DNA from: Macrostomum lignano | Lineage: Eukaryota | Assembly (NCBI GenBank): GCA_002269645.1 | Contig: NIVC01000778.1 | Span: forward strand, 124,001 to 188,000 | DNA length: 64,000 nt | Reading direction: 5' to 3' | Shown: piece by piece, positions 55,110-64,000 of the stretch | Numbering within the stretch: position 1 is the stretch's first letter | How the letters are laid out: every line of letters begins with the position of its first letter | Translations under genes and position numbers: made by a program | Notes under the pieces: model-generated | What the model saw: only the letters and a program-made list of their open reading frames with translations | Told to the model about the DNA's origin: nothing | Databases searched by the model: none

Positions 55110-58025
55110 TCAAAACTCTGAAGATGAACAAGACCAGCTGTAGAGGCTGCAAATCTCGCTTTCGCAATCGCAATCAGAATCATCCGAAGACGAGGTGTAT
55201 TCTGAACTCGATGTACAAGTAGTGCTACAGTCGGCTGACTCTGTGCTGCTGCTTGTTGTCGGTTGAAAAATTGTATGCGACCGACATAGTCGCTTTGATG
55301 ATGTCACTTGGACACTGCCAGCTGGCTGTATGGTCTCATCATTAGAAACGTTCGACAAAACAGCCTGCTTCAATAGACGATGCTTCTTGTGGTAGAACCG
55401 TCCCGTGGTTGAACAGTTTTGCAATGCCGACGCCAGTAGGTGCAGCTCGACAGGATAGTCAATGTAAGTCAGCAGTGCGGTGCTTGAAGCCGAAGAGTTT
55501 TCTTCACCAAAATAGCCGCCTACGTCAGGAAACAGGCGAGCTGTCAAACTGAGTCGCTCAAATAGGCAGCAGTCAGATCGGTGCTGAAGCAGTAGAGAAT
55601 GCAATCCATCATTTGATTCCTCTGTAAGCGACAATGGCCGATGTATCATCAAATTAGCGCGCGTCTGAAGCTGCTGCCATTCCAAATTGGAGTTTCGTTG
55701 CAAAAGACTCGAATTCTGATGCAGCCAGTTGCCAGAAAAACTGTTAAAATGGTCAACAAGCTCGCCGAACTCGATCCGTATACAGGTGCAGAAGATATCG
55801 GGAAAGCTCCTAGCAACTCGATTTAATGCGTAATTTTCCAGATAAAAGCAATGCGCTGCTGTGGCAACTACGGCAGGCATTTTTGGGGGCAGCAAATTGC
55901 CTAGAAAAGCCTGCTGCAATGTAATCGACGCTACTGCCAGAGCGCCAACTGTGTGCCAGCATCGCGGCGAAAACTCGACACATCTTCGAGCTATAGACGA
56001 AGTCATCCGACACGATACTGACGGCGGCCTGCACTGTTCGGCAAACGAATTGCGAGGCAAAAAACCCGTTGCTGTTGTTGCTACCGCGGGAGAGTCTCCA
56101 TCAGCTTGCGATTGGTTGCGATGATGCTTTGCCTGTTGCCTGATTGTTGAAGCTGGCCTGACCCGTCTGGTTAGCATCGCTGGACGGGACGTCACCGTTC
56201 GATGCGGCGGTTTGCCGTGATGAAACACGCTCGGACAAACTTGCTGCGGCTGATGGTGAACACATTTTCCTGGCTGCTTTCCAGTTAGAATTGTTCCGGT
56301 TCTGTCTTTGCTTTGACTGCGTGGGATTGCAAAGAAAAATTATTTCGAACATTCGTTAAATTTGTCTTACACAGTAAAAGGAAAGTCAACCTACAAAAAC
56401 GCAAGTAAATAGGAAAAAACTGCACTCTAAACACTGATACATATAGATTGCGTCACGACCTAAAGTACAAAAGGCATATTAAAAATCTAAAATGCTTGAT
56501 TTTAAACCTAAACCGTAAACCTGCGTTTTTGTTAGTTAGCGGCAGGGGGCTGTGTGCACCCTACGTGGCGCACTTTAAGCGAAATTGTCACACAACCGGC
56601 GAGATGCATTACTGCCCATTCCGCCGACTCTCCTTAGCAGGCACACTAGCGCTCGGATACGTACGCAGTCATACGCACAGGCACTCTAAAATTCACTGTG
56701 CCTTGGCCTTCAAGCTGGGCGTTAATTGCACGAGCAGAGCCAAGCCGAGATTCCAATTTAGCCCCACCAAATACTCGTAAAAGTGACTGCCCTTGAAATC
56801 GAGCCTGGGCCGCTGGGCCATGGCATCCAGTTTCTTGCTATTTATCTTGTGACGAGTGCAGACAGCTGGTGCAAGGACCCCGTGTTTCTGATGTCGCCCT
56901 GCGACGCTGTGCCGTACTTAGGAGAAAGCTAATGCTGTGTTTGAACAGACGAAAGAAACTTCATAACGCACAAAAGTAGCCAACTTACGTTGTCGAACAC
57001 TCCTCTGTGCAGGTCAACGGCTGCTGCTGCTGACAGACAGGCGCCCAGGTGCCCGAGGCCAAATTAAATCGGATGCACCTATTAGCTGGCGCTGTTGTCG
57101 GCGTGGCGGCTGTAGACTTGGACATCGTCGTCGCTGCTGGCCTGGTCATTGGCGGTAAAGCGCCAGTCGGGGCAACGTAAGTCGATCTGGACAGCACCAT
57201 CCGTGGCACCATAGCAACGGATGCTTTCTTAACTTTCGACTCCGATGGTTTCGATAATTCCGCGTCGGAATCATCGTTCGACTGCGACGACGGAGCCGCA
57301 GCCAATCGAATTGCGATGGTTGTCTGCGAACTGATGCAATAGTGGTTGCCAGACGCCTTACGAGTGCGCAACACCGCGTCGGGTTTCTCTATTGCTGTGC
57401 CATCATCCGGACTCTCAATAGTCATCGTAGATGGCGACTCAGCGTTGTTCACGTCGGACTGATTGAAAGCCTGCGCCTGTTGACTTTGCTGCTGCTGCTC
57501 AACGACAACGCTTGACGAAGAAGAAGCGAAATCATTGGACAATGCCAGGTAGATGATGCTCTTCACGGGCTTGCTGTTGCTAGCAAACTGCTGCTGCTGA
57601 TATTGCGGCACTGCTGCTACGGAATCGCCAGCAGCAGCCGTTTGAGCTTTGGGGGGCTTTTCGCCAGCTGATTCGTCTGCTTGCTCGGCGTCTCCTCGTT
57701 GTTGCTTGCTGCTGTCGGGTTGCCGTCGCTGCTGCTGAGAGTGCTGGCGATCCTCGTGACCGAGTGTACCGTTACTATTGCCGCGATTGCTGTCGCCGCC
57801 ACACTGTACAGAGCGGTCAGTCTTTTGACTTTGCTTTTGGCGTTGCTTTTGATGATGATGGTGATGATGATGCAGCTGAATCGGATGCCGCTGAGTTTTA
57901 TAGCCGCGCAACGGTGCGATTAGTCTATTGGCGCATTGATTTTGTGCTCGATTTCGATCTTCATGACTGCTGGGTCCGTTGGCATTAACAATTCTAGACG
58001 ATTTCGACGTTTCGACAGTTTTCAT
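55110..58025 (-). CDS. Uncharacterised low-complexity protein; exons 58025-56989 and 56316-55110 (upstream exon(s) likely)
   Basis: Two long ORFs joined in frame by a phase-2 intron (AC|GTAAGT at 56988, CGCAG|T at 56317). An acceptor with a CTAAC branch-like motif precedes 58025. Poly-H/Q and S/T-rich N-part, Cys/His-containing middle, acidic Ser-rich end. No family recognised. Confidence 0.75.
56666..56829 (-). mobile_element. Dispersed repeat family A, copy 3 (intronic, reverse)
   Basis: Reverse complement gives GGCTCGATTTC (B-box-like) then GGCTAAATTGGAATCTCGGCTTGGCTCTGCTCGTGCAATTAACGCCCAGCTTGA. Confidence 0.65.
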
Positions 58026-58139
58026 CTGGTAGGAATTTAAGTACACAGTTAGTACAAATATCCAAGAGATCGAAACTTCTCTATCCGCGGCCTTCGGGTC
58101 CTTTTGAAAATTCTCAGTAGCAATCCGGCCCGTCTGTGT

Positions 58140-58457
58140 CTCTGCTCAGCTCTCTTCTCTTTTTCTCTCCTATCCTCTTTCATCTCCCTTCTCCCCTCTC
58201 CTCCATTATCTCCTTTTCCCCTCTTCTCTCCCAGTTCTCCTCTCACATCTCCCCTCTCGGCCCTCCTCACACATCTCCCCTCTCTCATCTATCATCTCCC
58301 CTCCCCTCCCTCATCCTGCCTTATCTACCCTCTTCTCTCTAATCTCCTCTCCCCTCTCTTCTCACATCTCCCCTCTCCTCTCCCATCTCCCCTCTCCTCT
58401 CTTATCTCTCTCCTCTCTAATCTCCCATCTCCTCTCTCATTTCGCCTCTCTCCTCTC
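58140..58457. repeat. CT-rich low-complexity tract
   Basis: Almost pure pyrimidine on the + strand. Confidence 0.9.
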
Positions 58458-58961
58458 TATGGCCAGCAATCATGCGTTTATAGATTCAATATCTGGCCCT
58501 GATGTAAAAAATTTTCCGGAACCCTGTTCTCCGCAGATCAAAGCACCGCGACTGCATGCCTTTAGCATTGGGCTTCACTCTAAATCTTCTAGCAGTTTCA
58601 CTGATAGACTTCTAGCATTTCAACAGCACGGCCATGAGTAAACCTTCAGCGTAACGTAGTATCTCGTGAGTTACGCACATGTAAGTCAGACATGACAGAC
58701 ATGTTTTAACTGTACAACACGAGAAGGGGATCAAGTTGCCAAAAAGCTACATACATAAGCTGAAGTGCATACCTTGCAGTTCACAACTGCATGATGACAC
58801 GACTATCGCCACACCTTTTGATCTCAATCAACTACACTATAATAACAATTGATGTGCAACCCACAGCTCAGCCGCAGCTATTGCGCGGCGCATCTGAAGG
58901 CTGCGTACGGCTGTTCAGTCCAGGGACTGGGGGGGGGGGGTCGCCACACACACCCTCAATT

Positions 58962-59104
58962 ACCCCAGCTAATGCTGGCACCCAGTGAAGTGAAACAATG
59001 CAGAGTTAAGTGTCTTGCTCAAGGGCACAAATTGTTCCAGTGGGATCGGAATCGAACCCTCGACCTTTCAATCGCGAGTCAGACGCTCTAACCACTAAAC
59101 AACC
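58962..59104 (-). mobile_element. tRNA-derived SINE family B with CORE-like block
   Basis: Minus strand: TAGTGGTTAGAGCG (A-box region), GGTTCGATTCC (B box), then GTGCCCTTGAGCAAGACACTTAAC, resembling the MIR/CORE block GTGACCTTGGGCAAGTCACTTAAC. Confidence 0.7.
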
Positions 59105-59549
59105 AATCTAAGTATTTACACGAGCGTACGCATGCTGCATTGTTGCAAGCCTTTCCAATCCTGGCTGGATCTGGGGTGGCGGTTTTACATGTAATATTAA
59201 ATATTTCAGTGTATAAACAAGCTTATATACTCGTACAACGTTCAAATAGAACACTTACTTCTTCTTGGCATAGAATTTCGGTCAGACTGTTTATAAACTT
59301 CAAAAACGGACTCGATGCCAACGGAAGTATGGCTGCCGTTTACCTGATAAAATTTCTTTTTAAAGAAAACGTTTCCGTCTCTCCCAACGGCCGTTGCAGG
59401 CAAAACTTTTTCATTTAAGGCTTTATTTATTTGAACGCACTCAATGAATGTAACCAATAGAGGTCTATGGCAATCATTGATTGCCTAAAGTTGCAAGTCA
59501 AAATGTAAATATAAGCTTTTGTGTAATTTATAGTTCCCGAGTAGTAATA

Positions 59550-60765
59550 AATTGCAATCCAGCCTCTGTCCCAATGCAATCCAGCCTCAATCCCAATGCA
59601 ATCCAGCCTCTGTCCCAATGCAATCCAGCCTCAATCCCAATGCAATCCAGCCTCTGTCCCAATGCAATCCAGCCTCAATCCCAATGCAATCCAGCCTCTG
59701 TCCCAATGCAATCCAGCCTCTATCCCAATGCAATCCAGCCTCTGTCCCAATGCAATCCAGCCTCTATCCCAATGCAATCCAGCCTCTATCCCAATGCAAT
59801 CCAGCCTCTATCCCAATGCAATCCAGCCTCAATCCCAATGCAATCCAGCCTCTATCCCAATGCAATCCAGCCTCTATCCCAATGCAATCCAGCCTCAATC
59901 CCAATGCAATCCAGCCTCTATCCCAATGCAATCCAGCCTCTATCCCAATGCAATCCAGCATCTATCCCAATGCAATCCAGCATCTATCCCAATGCAATCC
60001 AGCCTCTATCCCCTATAGAATTCAGCCTCTATCCCAATAGAATCCAGCCTCTGTCCCAATGCAATCCAGCCTCAATCCCAATGCAATCCAGCCCCTATCC
60101 CAATGCAATCCAGCCTCTATCCCAATGCAATCCAGCCTCTATCCCAATGCAATCCAGCATCTATCCCAATGCAATCCAGCCTCTATCCCCTATAGAATTC
60201 AGCCTCTATCCCAATAGAATCCAGCCTCTATCCCAATGCAATCCAGCCTCTATCCCAATGCAACCCAGCCTCTATCCCAATGCAACCCAGCCTCTATCCC
60301 AATAGAATCCAGCCTCTTTCCCAATAGAATCCAGCCTCTATCCCAATAGAATCCAGCCTCTATCCCCTATAGAATTCAGCCTCTATCCCAATAGAATCCA
60401 GCTTCTATCCCAATAGAATCCAGCCTCTATCCCAATAGAATCCAGCCTCTATCCCAATAGAATCCAGCCTCTATCCCCAATAGAATCCAGCCTCTATCCC
60501 AATGCAATCAGCCTTTATCCCAATGCAATCCAGCCTCTATCCCAATGCAATCAGCCTTTATCCCAATGCAATCCAGCCTCTATCCCAATGCAATCAGCCT
60601 TTATACCAATGCAATCCAGCCTCTATCCCCAATGGGATCCAGCCTCTATCCCCAATGGGATCCAGCCTCTATCCCCATAGAATTCAGCCTCTATCCCCAA
60701 TGGGATCCAGCCTCTATCCCAATGGGATCCAGCCTCTATCCCAATAGAGTCCAGCCTCTATCTCA
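59550..60765. repeat. 22-bp minisatellite CCCAATGCAATCCAGCCTCTAT
   Basis: About 55 copies, period 22 (59768 to 59790). Confidence 0.95.
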
Positions 60766-61135
60766 ATGATTACATTTTGTAATTTTGCCTCGGATGATTT
60801 TTTTGGGTTATTTAAATTCGAGTTATGTATCAAAATAAGCAAACCAGTAGGCAGTGCAACACTTCGCAGAATAATTAATAATTATATATCATTAGGCTTT
60901 CTAAACCGGGGTTGTGGGAAGAAATTCTCAAAATGAGTATGTCGTATCATCTTATATTTATGAAACTGACGAAAAGAGTAAAGAGAAATGAAGTCTATTT
61001 CAAAAAATGTATGGTATATACTCGTAAATTAGTGTATAAATAATATAAAAAACTAACGTAATTGTAACTAATTTTTTGTTCTCGTTTGTTCTACTTTCTA
61101 GACTACTGAATGGCAAAATGGGCAAAACTCTAAGG

Positions 61136-61692
61136 CAGGGGTCGGCAACTCGGCCCTCGGGTCCTGTGGGACTTCACAATAGCAATGCGGCCCGATCAAT
61201 GTTTGTGTCTCTTCTCAGCTATCCTCTCTAATCGCCTCTCTCCTCTCCTCTCCCCTCCCCTCCCCTCCCCTCTCCTCTCCTCTCCTCTCTCCTCTCCTCT
61301 CCTCTCCTCTCCTTGCCTCCCTCCTCTCCTCTCCTCTCCTCGCCTCTCTCCTCTCCTCTCCTCTCCTTGCCTGCCTGCCTCCTCTCCTCTCCTCTCCTCT
61401 CCTCTCCTCTCCTCTCTCCTCTCCTCTCCTCTCCTCTCCTTGCCTCCCTCCTCTCCTCTCCTCTCCTCTCCTCGCCTCTCTCCTCTCCTCTCCTCTCCTC
61501 TCCTTGCCTCCCTCCTCTCCTCTCCTCTCCTCTCCTCTCCTTGCCTCCCTCCTCTCCTCTCCTCTCCTCTCCTCTCCTCTCCTCTCCTCTCTCCTCTCCT
61601 CTTCTCTCTCTCTTCTCTCTTCCCTCATCTGGCTCGCAGTTATGCGCTAGTTTCCCCATCTGAACCTGGAGATAAAGAGTTGCCAACCGCTG
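61136..61692. mobile_element. hAT-type MITE
   Basis: 16-bp TIRs CAGGGGTCGGCAACTC and (revcomp) CAGCGGTTGGCAACTC with 2 mismatches; 8-bp flanks CTCTAAGG / CTCAAAGA (6/8) consistent with an aged TSD. Confidence 0.65.
61215..61625. repeat. (CTCCT)n pyrimidine microsatellite inside the MITE
   Basis: Pentamer CTCCT with interruptions. Confidence 0.95.
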
Positions 61693-61867
61693 CTCAAAGA
61701 AATCTAGCTATTTTTTAAAGCTACAATCTGAAAATGTAAGCATGAAACTAAATAAAAAATGATGATCAAATGATGGGGGATTTCGCGGGATAATAGCGAT
61801 ACGATCAAAGTTGTTGCTAGTTGGTCTAGAGTCTGTCGTACTAGTCATATCCTTGGCTACTCATTAA

Positions 61868-63308
61868 TCAAGTGATCACGGTGGGAGCATCTCGGCCAGT
61901 GAGCTCAGCCATCCGAGACAGGCTCAGAGCGACCTCAACCAGCGGGCGCAGTGTCTCCTTAAAGTATTCGGGGTTTGATTGACAGCTCGGTGAGGTACTG
62001 ATATTGTAAAAAACACTATCGGTGATTTACCTACCAATCATAACTATTAAATAATACGAGCTAAATAGCTAATCATACTCTATAATACCCAAATGTTCTT
62101 TCGAATACCCGAATGTTCATTCTAATTCACGAATGTTCATTCTAATTCCCGAATGTTCATTCTAATACCCGAATGCTCATTTTATTCTAATTCCCGAATG
62201 TTCATTCTAATACCCGAATGCTCATTTTATTCTAATACCCGAATGCTCATTTTATTCTAATACCCGAATATTCATTTTAATTCCCGAATGTTCATTCTAA
62301 TGCCCGAATGTTCATTCTAATGCCCGAATGTTTATTCTAATGCCCGAATGCTCATTTTATTCTAATTCCCGAATGTTCATTCTAATACCCGAATGCTCAT
62401 TTTATTCTAATACCCGAATGCTCATTTTATTCTAATACCCGAATATTCATTTTAATTCCCGAATGTTCATTCTAATGCCCGAATGTTCATTCTAATGCCC
62501 GAATGTTTATTCTAATGCCCGAATGCTCATTTTATTCTAATACCCGAATGTTCATTTTAATTCTCTAATCTTCATTCTAATAGAGTAATATTTAATCTAA
62601 CGACCTAGTATTTGTTGTAATTCCCTAAAACTAGTTTTAATACATTGATCTTAATTGTACAAGTTTAATCGCCACCTCTTAATCGTCATTAAAATCCTTT
62701 TTTATTTACAATATTCAATTATTATAGTACTCACTAACCTTCGTCATTATCTCGATTAAATCCTCGTGATCTTCAACTATTTTTCCGAACCATTATTCAA
62801 TAATGTTTTAATAATCATTTTAATATCACACATACTTTATCACTCACTAGTTAAAATTTAAAAAATCCATCGAAACTTAACTAACACCCAGTGTGAGTGC
62901 ATGTAAGAGTGCTACTGTTTTTCCTGTGAAAATCTACCTTTTTTAAACCCTCATTTTCAATGTACTAATTTTCCTAATCCAAAGTCTGCACTCACAGCAG
63001 GATCGGCAAGAACGTTGCCCCCAGCTGCCTCGTACTGCTCAATATAGACTCGAATAGTGGCCCCGGAACTGCCAGTGCCGCTCAGTCGATAAATAATCCT
63101 AGAGCCGTCGGAGAAGACCACCCGAACTCCCTGATTGCTAGTGACGGAAGCGTCAACCGGGTCTTTGTAGCTGAAATTGTCAGCGCTAGCAACCGTGTAG
63201 GAGCGACCGCCGCCGGTTAGGGTGACACCAGGGAGGCTGGATAGACGGGATTGCAGGTCCGTCATCAACTGGTTGGCCGATTCAGAAGTAACGTTCTCAT
63301 AGTCGTAT
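61868..63308 (-). CDS. PGM: Phosphoglucomutase (PGM1/PGM5 family), last two exons 63308-62996 and 61957-61868
   Basis: RYDYENV...[51 protein letters not shown]...DPA spliced (GCT|GTGAGT, TTTAAG|GAG) to [29 protein letters not shown], the canonical PGM C-terminus. Confidence 0.95.
62090..62580. repeat. 20/25-bp minisatellite in last PGM intron
   Basis: Unit CCCGAATG(T/C)TCATT(TTATT)CTAAT(A/T/G). Confidence 0.9.
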
Positions 63309-63324
63309 CTGCGATGAATGGAAA

Positions 63325-64000
63325 CGGGGTGGGGGTGGAACTGATGTACAATATGGGTGGAACTGATGTACAATATTGGTGGAACTGATGTACAATATGG
63401 GTGGAACTGATGTACAATATGGGTGGAACTGATGTACAATATGGGTGGAACTGATGTACAATATTGGTGGAACTGATGTACAATATGGGTGGAACTAATG
63501 TACAAGATGGATGGAACTAATGTACAAGATGGATGGAACTAATGTACAAGATGAATAGAACTAATGTACAAGATGGATAGAACTAATTTACAAGAGATGG
63601 ATAGAACTAATGTACAAGAGATGGATAGAACTAATGTACAAGATAGGTGGAACTAATGTACAAGATAGGTGGAACTAATGTACAAGATAGGTGGAACTAA
63701 TGTACAAGATAGGTGGAACTAATGTACAAGATGGATAGAACTAATGTACAAGATAGGTGGAACTAATGTACAAGATGGATAGAACTAATGTACAAGATGG
63801 ATAGAACTAATGTACAAGAGATGGATAGAACTAATGTACAAGATAGGCGGAACTAGTGTACAAGATGGATAGAACTAATTTACAATATGGATAGAACTAA
63901 TTTACAATATGGATAGAACTAATTTACAATATGGATAGAACTAATTTACAATATGGATAGAACTAATTTACAATATGGATAGAACTAATTTACAATATGG
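63325..64000. repeat. 22-bp minisatellite in PGM intron (runs off window)
   Basis: Unit GATGGATAGAACTAATGTACAA with variants such as TATGGGTGGAACTGATGTACAA. Confidence 0.95.

Noticed and set aside
58962-59104. Possible tRNA gene
   Set aside because: Pol III boxes are present but there is no complete cloverleaf, and it continues into a shared repeat body; called a SINE instead.
59481-61718. QCNPASIPMQSS and ERRGE/SSPLL ORFs
   Set aside because: Translations of the 22-bp minisatellite and the (CTCCT)n microsatellite.
61958-62000. Stronger-looking acceptor ATATCAG at 61998 for the last PGM exon
   Set aside because: It gives a stop in the required phase. The acceptor at 61958 restores the conserved DP-x-x-x-L-x-PL spacing and the PTVIT end.

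Overview
Repeat-rich eukaryotic genomic DNA from an invertebrate animal. GT/GC-AG spliceosomal introns are present; no CRISPR, rRNA or intact tRNA was found. Most long entries in the ORF track are artefacts of tandem repeats. Genes reconstructed by hand from splice sites: (1) 3' end of a multi-Sushi/CCP protein (+, to 2734); (2) a 3-exon TEX43/SPMIP10 orthologue (+, 3450-4718); (3) a large minus-strand secreted-protein gene from a signal-peptide exon at 38227 to at least 10433; (4) ISY1 (-, 47612-50130); (5) an orphan low-complexity gene (-, 55110-58025+); (6) 3' end of phosphoglucomutase (-, 61868-63308+). Gene 3 is the most unusual. It has 11 near-identical 66-nt phase-1 exons, each embedded in a 1.6-2.4 kb satellite higher-order repeat, 10 of them followed by a candidate stop-containing mini terminal exon. 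These precede 8 WSC-domain exons joined by 42-nt micro-exons. Six WSC exons use GC donors, and WSC differences concentrate in patches while neighbouring introns stay almost identical. The locus is bracketed by two complementary halves of a Gypsy LTR element in permuted order (3' half at about 5.0-5.56 kb, 5' half at 42.2-45.97 kb). The halves show matching target-site-like duplication in a 28-bp satellite, suggesting the ~41 kb block may have moved as a circle. Also present: an internally deleted Tc1/mariner element, a hAT-type MITE, two tRNA-derived SINE families and many intron-specific minisatellites.
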